DNA of 64,000 nucleotides from a virus (IMGVR_UViG_3300029288_000072:134443-198442), one strand, 5' to 3'. Positions 20,672 through 31,290 are shown, numbered from the stretch's first letter. Notes: generated from the sequence alone by a model not told the origin. Numbers and translations are program-made.

Positions 20672-21444
20672 TATTTACACCAATTCCAATTTTTTATAGT
20701 ATTTTTCAGTTGATCTTTAGACATTCTAGATATTTCATTAAATAATCTTTGGTTATTAGTGGTTATATCTTTCATGGAGTAATTAATAGAACTTCTATCA
20801 TGATTTAGATGAAATAAAGATCCATTAACTCTTCCGATTCTAAGTCCCAAAATCCTGCTTCTTGTAACACGTTCATCATCCTCAAATCCCCAGCCAACAA
20901 AATTTTCATTTTCCATTCCAGATTCTATATATTTTTCTTTGTTCCACATAACACATCCACCAATTGCATGATCATTCCACCATTCAAGTTTATCTTTTGT
21001 GTATAAAGAAAAATCATATCCAGAATCTATTACTGTCTGTGTATTATGTAATCTAACATTATAAAAATGTCCATCATATGGATAACACATGTCAAATTGA
21101 TTGTTTTTTATTAAATTATAACATTCTATTATCTGAGTATTTGGAATAAACGCATCTGTATCACAATTTAAAATAATTGATGTTTCTGTATTTTTACATA
21201 ATGTATTAAATGTTTTAGTTTTTAATATATATTCATTGGGATTTTCTAAAAATATATACTTTGTTTTGAACTTTTCGCATATATCCAATAATTTAGTTGA
21301 TTTTTCTTTATTACATTCACAAATAGTAATATTGCAAATAAAACATTGTTTAAAATAATTTAAAAGTATAACCAGATTATCAAATCTATCTTGACTATCA
21401 ATTTTAACAGGTATGTTTATTGATAATTCACTCAAATCAATCAT
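20671..21444 (-). CDS. GT2/GT7-like glycosyltransferase
   Basis: NCDTD, GG, ENENFVGWGFEDDE, FHLNH. Confidence 0.85.
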   Translation of the reverse strand: MIDLSELSINIPVKIDSQDRFDNLVILLNYFKQCFICNITICECNKEKSTKLLDICEKFKTKYIFLENPNEYILKTKTFNTLCKNTETSIILNCDTDAFIPNTQIIECYNLIKNNQFDMCYPYDGHFYNVRLHNTQTVIDSGYDFSLYTKDKLEWWNDHAIGGCVMWNKEKYIESGMENENFVGWGFEDDERVTRSRILGLRIGRVNGSLFHLNHDRSSINYSMKDITTNNQRLFNEISRMSKDQLKNTIKNWNWCK

Positions 21445-22250
21445 TTATGCGTATCCCAAAATATTTTTGCTTCTTGCATTTGCTCTTCGGTTAGTGTTCT
21501 AAATGGGTTTGAATCTCTTTGACATATTCTAACTTTCCATTGAGCATACACAGGATCATCTTCATGTGGGTGAATAACTGAACAAGTTTCAAAAATTTGT
21601 ATTGATCTTTTTAAATTATATACATCCATTAAAAAATATGCATCGTCTCCTGCGTATACTCCCATAACTTTATATCCACCAATTAATTTCCATAGTTTAT
21701 TTTCGAAGAAAATGCATCCTCCAGCTATACCCCCCCCACCATCAGGAAAGCAATGTGCCTCATATCTTCCAAATTTATTATCATATTCTACTCGTTGATT
21801 ATAACAGAAAGATAAATGGCAGTTGTTTCCTGATTGATTTAAAGATAACATCCCAAAGGGTATACCTCGTATAACAGGAGATATTTCAGCAGCATTAATA
21901 AGACGCTCAAACATCTTATATTCTTCTTTTAAGAATAAAATGTCGCTATCAGCAGTTAATACATATTTTGTATCTACATCTTTCATTAATGTATTAACAA
22001 CTTTTCCTTTACCATAATTCTTGTCAAATTTTTTCAAAATAAACTTCCTTCCTGCAAACTCTCTAGTAACAACTTCTGATATTAATGGCCAATATTCGTC
22101 CTTTGCCCACCCACCAAAATAAAATTCTATATCATCAAATGGATGACATTGTAAATGAACCGACATACTATGTAATGAATCTAAATTTCTATCTAACCGT
22201 ATCTTATCTGGTGCAAATATAGGCTGCACATATGCCATTATTTTACTCAT
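21441..22250 (-). CDS. GT2-like glycosyltransferase
   Basis: NYGKG, TADSD, AGGC, YAGDD. Confidence 0.7.
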   Translation of the reverse strand: MSKIMAYVQPIFAPDKIRLDRNLDSLHSMSVHLQCHPFDDIEFYFGGWAKDEYWPLISEVVTREFAGRKFILKKFDKNYGKGKVVNTLMKDVDTKYVLTADSDILFLKEEYKMFERLINAAEISPVIRGIPFGMLSLNQSGNNCHLSFCYNQRVEYDNKFGRYEAHCFPDGGGGIAGGCIFFENKLWKLIGGYKVMGVYAGDDAYFLMDVYNLKRSIQIFETCSVIHPHEDDPVYAQWKVRICQRDSNPFRTLTEEQMQEAKIFWDTHK

Positions 22251-23566
22251 ATTTTAATTTCCTTTAATTCTTTACTATATTCAGCTTTACGCAAATTCTC
22301 ATTATTACATAATTCTACCAAATATTGTATTTTTTTCTTCAATTCTTTTAATTCTTCTTTTAATTTATCTACCTCTTCCTTTCCGAATCTATAAATAGGA
22401 ACATTAATTATTCTTTGAATATTATATTCCTTTATTTCATTATCAACTAATAGTTGTTCTATTTGTTTCTTATTTAGATCTGGAAACTTTTTAAATATAC
22501 CCTTTTCTATTACTTTTAATAAATCTCTCTTGAACTCAAACTCTGTTTTGTTTTCTCTTCCTAATTTCTTATATCTTTTTAAATAGAATGAAAATCTAAA
22601 ATCAGTAAATTCTTTAATAATATCGGTAACTGTCATTTTTCTAACTTTACCATTAAAATCAATGACAGTTATGTTTTCATGCAAAGTATCCCGCAATTTA
22701 AACTTTTCATATATTTCTTCGTCTTGCAGTTGAACTTTTAAAGTTATTGTAAAATCAAATGTAGATTTACAATCATCTGCATAATTTGAAATTATTTCTT
22801 TTTCTTCTAATGAGTCTAAATGTCTAACATAATCTTCTCTATTCCATCCTATAGGCAATTCCGTTATTCTTATTTTTCTTTCATTTAATCTATTAAATAC
22901 GCCTTGGGTTTGCCAAGCAAACGTATCTATCTTTTTTATTTCACCAGTAAATCCCGCAAAATATACTTTTGGTTCTCTAAATTCCTTTCCTTCTATATAA
23001 TTTTGCTGACATCTTATAATATCTTCTACTTTTCTTGGTAGAATATTACATGCAAATCCTACCGCTATCCCTTGTGTAGGATTTAATAATATAGTAGGAA
23101 TTATAGGAAGGAATGCACTAGGTTCTTTTTCTGTATCATCATAGTTTGGGATCATTTTAATTAGATCTGAGTCAACATCCATAACGGTTTTAAAACTATT
23201 AGATAATTTTACACTAATATATCTTGCTGCACCAATACCTTTTCCTGGACCAGCAATTCTGGACCCGAATGCCCCTTTACCTTCAAACCAGTTTATATTA
23301 TTTGATCCTGGAAAGTTTTGTGACATATTTGAAATAGCATCTTCTATTGAAGTATTTCCATGAGGATGTATTCCCATAGTAGAACCGGCTAATTTGGATA
23401 CTTTTATATAATCATTTTTTGCAAGATGTCTGGCAATCCATAATGATCTACGATGTACTGGTTTTAATCCATCAATTACACTCGGTATTGCCCGTGATTC
23501 TAGTACATATCGTGAATAATCATGATATTGCGTATTAATTAATTCTGAAATATTTAATTCTCTCAT
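22247..23566 (-). CDS. 52: DNA topoisomerase II medium subunit (T4 gp52 / GyrA-like)
   Basis: RAIPSVIDGLKPVHRR, HPHG, GAARY catalytic Tyr, GIAVG; start reassigned to ATG 23566. Confidence 0.95.
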   Translation of the reverse strand: MRELNISELINTQYHDYSRYVLESRAIPSVIDGLKPVHRRSLWIARHLAKNDYIKVSKLAGSTMGIHPHGNTSIEDAISNMSQNFPGSNNINWFEGKGAFGSRIAGPGKGIGAARYISVKLSNSFKTVMDVDSDLIKMIPNYDDTEKEPSAFLPIIPTILLNPTQGIAVGFACNILPRKVEDIIRCQQNYIEGKEFREPKVYFAGFTGEIKKIDTFAWQTQGVFNRLNERKIRITELPIGWNREDYVRHLDSLEEKEIISNYADDCKSTFDFTITLKVQLQDEEIYEKFKLRDTLHENITVIDFNGKVRKMTVTDIIKEFTDFRFSFYLKRYKKLGRENKTEFEFKRDLLKVIEKGIFKKFPDLNKKQIEQLLVDNEIKEYNIQRIINVPIYRFGKEEVDKLKEELKELKKKIQYLVELCNNENLRKAEYSKELKEIKI

Positions 23567-24120
23567 AATGATTGTTTTAATCCTTCCTGATAACAAAAGT
23601 TGGTCCATTTATGTGCAAGTTCATCTTTAATTATAATATCAACTTTATAATAATATACCGCGTATGTAGTATTCCATGTGCAAGCAGGAATTGTATTTGT
23701 AGACGATATAATCGGATTATCAGATATAATTGTTCTAAAATCAAATGGATTTGCTAGTTTTCCCGTTTTAATGCAAAAATTTACCCATGCTTTTGATATA
23801 GCATCTTTTGTATCAAATATAGTATATGTATAATTTGAAAGTGAAGTTACATACGATGGAGGATTTGAGGCCGAATCTATTTCAATTGTAGTATAGTTAT
23901 TAATATTAACTGGATTGGAAAAATACGTATATGAGGCTTTATAACTTTTTTCATTAATACAAAATTCTACCCATTTTCGGGAAATTTCATCTTTTTTTTC
24001 TATTTGTACCCATTCAAATGAATTAAAAACTGTATTTCCTTTTTTACCATTAATAATAAAATTGTTTTTATTAGGATTATTAAAATAATACATTCCGCCA
24101 GTAGTTTTATAGCTCATCAT
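23563..24120 (-). CDS. Hypothetical protein with three internal KDxxxxxWxxFC repeats
   Basis: KDEISRKWVEFC / KDAISKAWVNFC / KDELAHKWTNFC. Confidence 0.65.
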   Translation of the reverse strand: MMSYKTTGGMYYFNNPNKNNFIINGKKGNTVFNSFEWVQIEKKDEISRKWVEFCINEKSYKASYTYFSNPVNINNYTTIEIDSASNPPSYVTSLSNYTYTIFDTKDAISKAWVNFCIKTGKLANPFDFRTIISDNPIISSTNTIPACTWNTTYAVYYYKVDIIIKDELAHKWTNFCYQEGLKQSL

Positions 24121-25186
24121 CCCCCCATTTACCGATTAATTCAACTTTTAATTTCATTTTACCAACAGATCCTTTATATAGATTATTATTTATTATATCC
24201 ATATCGACAGATTTAACATTTAATTTTATAGCTATATCATTTATATCTTTACAATCTCTAAATTCTTTTGGTGGAATAAAACAAGTTTCTCCCATATTTA
24301 ATAAGCATAATGATCTTAAATATCCAGTTTTATCTATCCATGGATTATCAAGAATCCATACCCGGTTTTTAAACGTTTCTTTAATTAAATCTGCTGTTTG
24401 TCCTGTAACGTTTGCATTACATAAAGCAATAGAATTATTTAAAAACATTGAATCTATTAATCCTTCGCAAATATATACTGTTTCTTCTTTATTTGCGCCA
24501 TAAAAGTTATATAGTCTATTATCTGGAAATTTTATATCTTTAAACGATGCAGTTAAATATTTTTGTACATATTCTGCATCTTTTGTTTTTGGATTTATAT
24601 CTCTTCCTTGAAAGTAATATAACATATTATTTTGATCTTTAAATGGTATTATTACTCTCCATCTATATTTTCCTTTATAACAAAAATAAAAATCTTTCCA
24701 GAATTTTTCTTTTATATTTCTTTTTACCATTTGTTTAATCGCATATAATCTAAGTTTTTCATATAACTCTATATTTGATTTTTCATCTAATTTAATACAA
24801 TTATCTTCTAAAAACTCCTTTAAAAAATCATTTATTTCTGTCGTTACTTCTCTTTTCTTTACAATTGTTTTTGCGTGTGTTTTAAAAACTTCTCCACTCT
24901 TTATTTGGTCAAAACATCTTAATCTTATTGATTCATACTCTTCTGGATAAAATTCTTTTAAAAACGATTCTAAATTATTTCTTAAATCGCAGTTATAACA
25001 AGTAACAGCATACCAATCATTATCTTCATGAACCCAAAATCTTTTTTTAGATTTATTCTTTTTAGAATCTCCGCATATAGGACATCGTCCGTTCATTACT
25101 AAACGTCCGTCTCCTCTATTCTGTACGGTTGCTCTATCAGAAATTCTCTTTATAAGAGATTCTACTTCGGATCGTGGATATTTCAC
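24107..25186 (-). CDS. 61: DNA primase (T4 gp61-like)
   Basis: RCPICGDS, CYNC zinc finger, VIIPF, QGR, CEGLIDSMF, LDN, KDIND. Confidence 0.93.
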   Translation of the reverse strand: MKYPRSEVESLIKRISDRATVQNRGDGRLVMNGRCPICGDSKKNKSKKRFWVHEDNDWYAVTCYNCDLRNNLESFLKEFYPEEYESIRLRCFDQIKSGEVFKTHAKTIVKKREVTTEINDFLKEFLEDNCIKLDEKSNIELYEKLRLYAIKQMVKRNIKEKFWKDFYFCYKGKYRWRVIIPFKDQNNMLYYFQGRDINPKTKDAEYVQKYLTASFKDIKFPDNRLYNFYGANKEETVYICEGLIDSMFLNNSIALCNANVTGQTADLIKETFKNRVWILDNPWIDKTGYLRSLCLLNMGETCFIPPKEFRDCKDINDIAIKLNVKSVDMDIINNNLYKGSVGKMKLKVELIGKWGDDEL

Positions 25187-25208
25187 AACAATATTATATC
25201 ACAAAAGT

Positions 25209-25604
25209 TTATGCATTCAAGACAATTTTCTTAGAAAATTTAAACTTATGAATTATTTTATAATTTTTCTTTTCTTCATATGGAAGGACAGGAATTTTCT
25301 TTAATAATATTTCAGAAATATCTGCTTTATCTATTGTATCAATGAGATTCCATGACTTTAATAAATATACTATTGTATTTCTACGAAGTTTATCGTCTTC
25401 GTTATATGTAGATTCTCTTCCAGATAAAGGAAATAGTTCTTTAAAATGGACTATTTTAAATATACCTTCTTGATCTGTTCCAACTATATAACATGATGGA
25501 ATAAACAATTTTTTCTTTTTGTTTATAACACCTACACGTTCTAATGTTTCTCTAATAACAGAGAAATCTTCCTTTAAACTAACTGATATTCCTATATTAT
25601 TCAT
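25209..25604 (-). CDS. regA: Translational repressor RegA
   Basis: F..IRETLERVG, SC, IVHFKELF, RRNTI..LL..W; downstream of gp62 as in T4. Confidence 0.93.
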   Translation of the reverse strand: MNNIGISVSLKEDFSVIRETLERVGVINKKKKLFIPSCYIVGTDQEGIFKIVHFKELFPLSGRESTYNEDDKLRRNTIVYLLKSWNLIDTIDKADISEILLKKIPVLPYEEKKNYKIIHKFKFSKKIVLNA

Positions 25605-26107
25605 TTTTTAATCCTTCCTTTAGATTCAAATTTTTCATTTATTATTTTGGCCCACTCGGTTCCCATCACATCAATATAATCTTGTGCTTCCCGGTTTGAT
25701 ATTTGATAATATCTAGAAACCGAATCTACATTTGTATTATTTTCTTTTTTATTTGGTTTGATATATTTATAAAATGTTCTATCTTCTTTTATTAGACCTA
25801 TTAAGGCAGTATACATTGATTCTTTTGGAATTTCAGATTGATATTGATTTAAAATATTACAAATTGATATATCATCGGGCGACATAGATAATGCTTTTAA
25901 TATTAAATATGTATTCCAAACCTTCTTATTTTCGTCAGTATCTAACAAATCTCCATGTTTTGTTATTCTAATATCTTTAACAAAATCAAATGGAGATATA
26001 GATTCTTTTTTTACAATTTTTTCAATTGTAACATCTTCTTTTACTGGTTTTTGTTTATTTTCAAAAGCTGCTTCTATGTCAAGAAGTGTAAACTGTTTTT
26101 CACTCAT
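25601..26107 (-). CDS. 62: Clamp loader small subunit (T4 gp62-like)
   Basis: SPFDF, ..LS..D, YY.IS.REA..Y; synteny 45-44-62-regA. Confidence 0.8.
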   Translation of the reverse strand: MSEKQFTLLDIEAAFENKQKPVKEDVTIEKIVKKESISPFDFVKDIRITKHGDLLDTDENKKVWNTYLILKALSMSPDDISICNILNQYQSEIPKESMYTALIGLIKEDRTFYKYIKPNKKENNTNVDSVSRYYQISNREAQDYIDVMGTEWAKIINEKFESKGRIKK

Positions 26108-26124
26108 ATAGTTATATTATAACA

Positions 26125-26478
26125 TCAAGTCTTTCTTGATTCAATAACATTTCCTGATGCATCCAATAATGCAGGTCTATCTTGTTTCTGTTTTTCTTCT
26201 TCTGTTGGTTTTTCAAATTTTGGTACTTGATTGCGTATAGTTTGCATTATTTTAGATGGACTATCATTAAAAATTGGTCCATCTGCAAGGAAACTTTCAA
26301 ATTGTTCTTGTGTCAATCCTTCCTTTTGAAGAGGAAGTAATCTATGCCATATTTCCCATTCTGTTAATGTTTGTTCCATTAATGTAATTAATGCTGCCAT
26401 TTCTTCTATTTTTTGTAGAAGCATTTTTCTTGTTATATCTTTTGCTTTTTTTTGTTTAAATGCACTTGGTTTACTCAT
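26125..26478 (-). CDS. Hypothetical protein
   Basis: Coupled ORF between gp44 and gp62. Confidence 0.6.
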   Translation of the reverse strand: MSKPSAFKQKKAKDITRKMLLQKIEEMAALITLMEQTLTEWEIWHRLLPLQKEGLTQEQFESFLADGPIFNDSPSKIMQTIRNQVPKFEKPTEEEKQKQDRPALLDASGNVIESRKT

Positions 26479-27410
26479 TGTTCTATCTCACTTTGTAATT
26501 TTGCAATTTCTTCGTCGGATAATGGAGAATCATGAGGCAATTCCAATAAAGATCTATCTTCGGTTAATCTTATTTGACTTGGATCTTCATCAATAGGCTC
26601 CATTATAACTTCTGGTCCGCTTCCTAATGCACCTAATGATGCTAATATTTTTGCTTGTTCAGGAGAAATATTTGCGGGCGCACTTAATGTTTTACTAGGA
26701 GAATTTAAAGAATGGTCTACTCCCGTAGATGCGTTAACTCTAGGATTAGTCGCTTCATCCGACCCAGCAAGGCGTCTACTAGCTCCCAAAGAAGAAATAA
26801 TCCTGTTTTGACTTTCCGTAAGAGCATCTGGCGTAGATCTTGCTTCGTATTCTTTTTCTTGAAATTGTGATGATCTAAGACTTTTATTGGCCTGTATGAT
26901 AACCTCATTTTTATCTGGATCTGCAACTGCTGGAGGAGGTTCTGCTTTCCGTGTATCTACTGTTCTACTATCTTGTGGCTGTGTTATTGTTTGGTTGCCA
27001 AGTGTTGTCTTTTCTACTGCAACTTTCTTTTGTGGTTGAGGTAAAGTGGTTGTTTCTGTCTTGGGTGGTCTACGATTTCCTGGTAATACGAATCTAAATG
27101 CTGGAGTTCCTCCCTTAGAAATCATATCATCCATATCTACTACCATTTTATCTAAATTAAATACATACAAATTAGACTGTAATTGTGGTCGTAATGCTGG
27201 CGAAATGCTATTTAAAAACGTTAATCTAGCATGTGCTTCATCTACTGCTGCCAATATTTGTACGTCCAATATTGTTCTTGGTAATTGGCTTGGTATCTGG
27301 CTATGGGTTGTATCAACCACTATTAAATATTTTGTCATTCCCATGAGTTTTCTCCTAATATATATTTTTATTCGATCTATTATACCAAACTTTTTACTTT
27401 TATCATCCAC
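26475..27410 (-). CDS. Hypothetical protein with Pro/Ser/Thr-rich disordered C-terminal two thirds
   Basis: GTG start after AAGGA; long low-complexity tail. Confidence 0.65.
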   Translation of the reverse strand: MDDKSKKFGIIDRIKIYIRRKLMGMTKYLIVVDTTHSQIPSQLPRTILDVQILAAVDEAHARLTFLNSISPALRPQLQSNLYVFNLDKMVVDMDDMISKGGTPAFRFVLPGNRRPPKTETTTLPQPQKKVAVEKTTLGNQTITQPQDSRTVDTRKAEPPPAVADPDKNEVIIQANKSLRSSQFQEKEYEARSTPDALTESQNRIISSLGASRRLAGSDEATNPRVNASTGVDHSLNSPSKTLSAPANISPEQAKILASLGALGSGPEVIMEPIDEDPSQIRLTEDRSLLELPHDSPLSDEEIAKLQSEIEQ

Positions 27411-27412
27411 AT

Positions 27413-28351
27413 CTATAGTTCCTTATTTTTAATTATTTCAAATAAATCATATAAACATGCCATAAAGTTTATTTCTGGATCTATTACTAATGAATGCATA
27501 TATTGATAATTTGCTATTGTAGTTATTATTTGTCCTACTTTTGTACCATCATCCGAAAATTTTCTATTATTTGTAGCATCATATAATGCTCTATATAGTT
27601 TAGGATATTCATAATTACTTAATAAACATTCTTTTCTAATTGTTCCTAATTTTCCTTCACACAACATTGATACCATTTGATCTGTAACTTCATTTCCTAC
27701 CATTTCTTTTTTAAATGTAAATACTGCCCCATTTGTAAATTTTTGCATATTGTTTATCGTTGAACGGATATCAGGATAAAAATGTTTTACTAATTCTTTT
27801 AAATCATTTTTAACAGCATCCGTTAATTCTACGCCTTTATCTTTTAAAATCTTTCCACATCGTTTTAAAATATCAATTGGTTTTGTATTTTTAAAATCAA
27901 ATTTTTGAAATCTTGATTTTAAAGGTTCTATAATTTTATTATCATAATTTGCTGTCATTATGAATCTACAATGTTCTTGAAATTCTTCTGTTGTATTTCT
28001 TAACATAGCTTGGGCAGACGTACTCAAAAAGTCTGCTTCATCTAATACTATTATTTTAAGATTTTCTATACCTACCGTATAACAAAAGTCTTTAACATCT
28101 GTTCTTATTGTGTTTACATCATTTCTATCAGATGCACTAATATAAAGATAATCCCCTCCAGAAATTTGTTTTGCTAATATTTTGGCAACTGTAGTTTTAC
28201 CCGTTCCTGGATCACCAACAAATAACAAATTTGGGATTGATTTTGTTTTAATAAAATCATTAAATTTTTCGATTAACAATTCTGTTCCAAGAACATCCTC
28301 TATCTTAGTTGGTCTGTATTCTGCTTCCCACGGATGATTAATATCGCTCAT
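27413..28351 (-). CDS. 44: Clamp loader large subunit (T4 gp44 / RFC-like)
   Basis: W..EYRP, GDPGTGKTT, LDEAD, CRFI, PLKSR, YPDIR. Confidence 0.95.
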   Translation of the reverse strand: MSDINHPWEAEYRPTKIEDVLGTELLIEKFNDFIKTKSIPNLLFVGDPGTGKTTVAKILAKQISGGDYLYISASDRNDVNTIRTDVKDFCYTVGIENLKIIVLDEADFLSTSAQAMLRNTTEEFQEHCRFIMTANYDNKIIEPLKSRFQKFDFKNTKPIDILKRCGKILKDKGVELTDAVKNDLKELVKHFYPDIRSTINNMQKFTNGAVFTFKKEMVGNEVTDQMVSMLCEGKLGTIRKECLLSNYEYPKLYRALYDATNNRKFSDDGTKVGQIITTIANYQYMHSLVIDPEINFMACLYDLFEIIKNKEL

Positions 28352-28361
28352 TATTTTCCCT

Positions 28362-29117
28362 TCATGCAATCATTTTAGACATAAAATATTCGGTTTTGCA
28401 ATAACTTGTTGTTATTGAAATATTAATCAACTTTGAGCCAATATTTATTTTAATATCTTTCATATCCTTTGTACCAAATATTATAGGAAATGCTTTTTTT
28501 CTAAATATTATATCAAAATTTTCTTTTACTGTTGCATCTGTATAAACAGTAAATGTATTAGATTTTGTATCTTTGTTTTTTATACTTAATTTCAATCTTC
28601 CTTTTTCTTCTTGTCCGGTAATAAAAATACATTCTTCGCTCATTTTATTTAATGCTGTTATAAACTTGTCTAAACTAGTTGAATAATCTAATGTTGCTAA
28701 CCAATCTACACCTTTAAACGACCGTTTGCCTTCCTGAATTAATTCTGTATCAGATGTTTTAAACTCTAATGTGCAATTCTTTTGTAAGAATGATAATAAA
28801 GAACAATCATCAAATTCAAATTCTAATGGGATATCTTTATCAAAAATACTTAATCTACTTAATAAATCTTGTGGTTTTAAAATTCCTATTTTTTGTTCAT
28901 CTTTTTGAAATTCAAAAGAATCAAATAATGAATTCCATGTATGAATGATAATAATACCATCATTCCTGTTTATAGCAGGAATCATAGAAACTCGTTTACC
29001 ATTTTCGTCTTTAAAAAATACTATATTAACACCATTTTCACCAACCAGACTACCAATTGTTTTTAATGGTTCTGTAAATTGGTTTAATTCTTTTGATGAT
29101 TCGAATTTGCCTTTCAT
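28362..29117 (-). CDS. 45: Sliding clamp (T4 gp45-like)
   Basis: 251 aa beta-rich protein directly upstream of gp44; size and synteny. Confidence 0.65.
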   Translation of the reverse strand: MKGKFESSKELNQFTEPLKTIGSLVGENGVNIVFFKDENGKRVSMIPAINRNDGIIIIHTWNSLFDSFEFQKDEQKIGILKPQDLLSRLSIFDKDIPLEFEFDDCSLLSFLQKNCTLEFKTSDTELIQEGKRSFKGVDWLATLDYSTSLDKFITALNKMSEECIFITGQEEKGRLKLSIKNKDTKSNTFTVYTDATVKENFDIIFRKKAFPIIFGTKDMKDIKINIGSKLINISITTSYCKTEYFMSKMIA

Positions 29118-29434
29118 AATTTTAGTCCTCTGTTAATAATTATACCGTCTTCTTTTTTAGAGTCAATAAATAATTGCCATTTACATAATAACTCAAATGT
29201 AAAAAATTTTTGTTCTAGTTCGTCAAGTTGGTTTTCTGTTAGTGGAGACTCAAGTTTTATATATCCATTTTTAAATATACTTTTTATTGTATTATAACAA
29301 AGACATATATTTTTAATAATTAAAGGATTTTTAAAATATTCTTTATTAAAAATAATTGACGGACGCGATGGAAAATCTTTATTTCTTAAATAAAACTCCA
29401 ATTTTTTAGTGTTTAAAGTTATAGTATAAGCCAT
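29114..29434 (-). CDS. Hypothetical protein
   Basis: Overlapping ORF between topoisomerase and gp45. Confidence 0.55.
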   Translation of the reverse strand: MAYTITLNTKKLEFYLRNKDFPSRPSIIFNKEYFKNPLIIKNICLCYNTIKSIFKNGYIKLESPLTENQLDELEQKFFTFELLCKWQLFIDSKKEDGIIINRGLKL

Positions 29435-31290
29435 TCTTTTCTCGCGTCGCTATCATCACCGAATGCTAATGTTAGCATTTTTGTGGCATCTTTTGTATTA
29501 GAAATTCTTATCATATTTGGTTTTTCATTTATCATATAATCCCATGCTTCTTTTCCACATGAGCCAAGACCTTTAAAATATGATATTTCATATGCAGATG
29601 ACTTTTTATTTTTCATAAAGTCTTCAAATTCTTCTTTTGTATAAAAGTAATGTGGATTGCCTTTCTTTTCTATTACTTCATATAATGGACTTTCTAACAC
29701 AAATATTCTACCATGATCAAATAATTCTGGCCAAAATTTATAGAAAAAGTTTATTAATAAGCATCTAATACAATATCCATCCATATCTTGGTCTGTTGCA
29801 ATAACAATATTACCATAATTTAGTGCCTTTAATGATGCTGGTTCACCAATTCGCAATCCTATTGCTGATATCAGAGATTGTATTTCTTTATTATCTAAAA
29901 CCTTTGCTGGTGACATACCATGAATATTTAATACTTTTCCTCGTAATGGCAGCCCGGCCATTGTCTTACTATCCCGCACCATAGCTAGGTTAGATATTGC
30001 AGAATCTCCTTCTGTTATATACAGAGTACATACTGATCTATCTCTTCCAGATGCTTCAATTAATTTAGGTATCTTTAATTTGGAAGTTATTTTTTGTGCT
30101 TTTTTGATATCTAATAACTCTTTACGATCATTTTTAAAATTTATCATGTCCACTAATGCTTGTTTCATTATTGGAAGATCATTTATAATAGATGTTAATT
30201 TTCTTGGACTAAACAATTCATCAAAATGATTAGTTACTTCCTTTTTATCATTTACAAATTTTTCTTTTGTTTGTCCTTCAAATGAAGGAGCATTCCATGT
30301 CTGGAACAAGATTATTAATAATTTTTTGGATACATCTGCATTAGTTGTTTCTAGTTTAAATTCTTTCTTCATCTTTTCTCTCAAATCTGTAGAAAAGACT
30401 TCTTTCATATACTCAATATGAGTACCACCCCTAAATGTATCTGCCCCGTTTATATTTGAATACTGTTCAAAACTTTCTGTAAATATATTATGACATATTG
30501 CCAGTTTCATACCTTTTTTCTTATCTTCAACAATTTTATATTCTGTATTGAATTTCTTTACAAAATCTTCAAATGATTTACAATTAAAAGTTTCTTTTAT
30601 ATTGGTTTCATTGTGTATAATTGTTAAGTTTATCTCAATATTTGGATATGCTACAGTTAATTCAAGACACCGTTTTCTAATTAATTCTACTGGTAATTGG
30701 TGTGTAAAAATCTTTTGATCTGGAATAAATGTTACTGATGTTCCAGGTTTATCTTTTGATGATGTTATTTCTGGTTTACTTATCTTACTTAAATTATTTG
30801 AAAATACTTGTTGATATAATCTTCCTCTTCTATTAACTTTTATAGTCATTTTTTCGGAGAATATAGTTACAAGAGATGCACCAACACCATTCATACCAAT
30901 AGTTTCACGTTTGGTATCATCGAAGTTACTTCCAGATCTTAAATGTGTAAATACTACTTGGGGTGTTGGAACTTTAGCTTCCTTGTGCTTTTCTAATGGA
31001 ATTCCTCTTCCATAATCCCTAAAAGAATATTCATTTGTATCATAATTAACATAAACATCAATTCTATTACCATATCCTCTAACATGTTCATCAATTGAGT
31101 TATCTAATATTTCACAAAACAATTTAAATAATGCAGGAATATATTTTATATCATCTTTTGTAAATGTCCCATCAGGTTTTAAAACCCAAAAATTTTGGGT
31201 TTCTTCTTTTGTAGACCCAATATACATTTGTGGTCGTTTAAGAGCATGTTCTATATCTGATAGAATTTTTATTTCTTGATCTGATGCCAT
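29419..31290 (-). CDS. 39: DNA topoisomerase II large subunit (fused gp39+gp60 / GyrB-like)
   Basis: HALKRPQMYIGS, EILDNSIDE, DYGRGIP, GMNGVGA, EGDSA, PLRGK, TDQDMDG, YFKGLG. Confidence 0.96.
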   Translation of the reverse strand: MASDQEIKILSDIEHALKRPQMYIGSTKEETQNFWVLKPDGTFTKDDIKYIPALFKLFCEILDNSIDEHVRGYGNRIDVYVNYDTNEYSFRDYGRGIPLEKHKEAKVPTPQVVFTHLRSGSNFDDTKRETIGMNGVGASLVTIFSEKMTIKVNRRGRLYQQVFSNNLSKISKPEITSSKDKPGTSVTFIPDQKIFTHQLPVELIRKRCLELTVAYPNIEINLTIIHNETNIKETFNCKSFEDFVKKFNTEYKIVEDKKKGMKLAICHNIFTESFEQYSNINGADTFRGGTHIEYMKEVFSTDLREKMKKEFKLETTNADVSKKLLIILFQTWNAPSFEGQTKEKFVNDKKEVTNHFDELFSPRKLTSIINDLPIMKQALVDMINFKNDRKELLDIKKAQKITSKLKIPKLIEASGRDRSVCTLYITEGDSAISNLAMVRDSKTMAGLPLRGKVLNIHGMSPAKVLDNKEIQSLISAIGLRIGEPASLKALNYGNIVIATDQDMDGYCIRCLLINFFYKFWPELFDHGRIFVLESPLYEVIEKKGNPHYFYTKEEFEDFMKNKKSSAYEISYFKGLGSCGKEAWDYMINEKPNMIRISNTKDATKMLTLAFGDDSDARKEWLIL

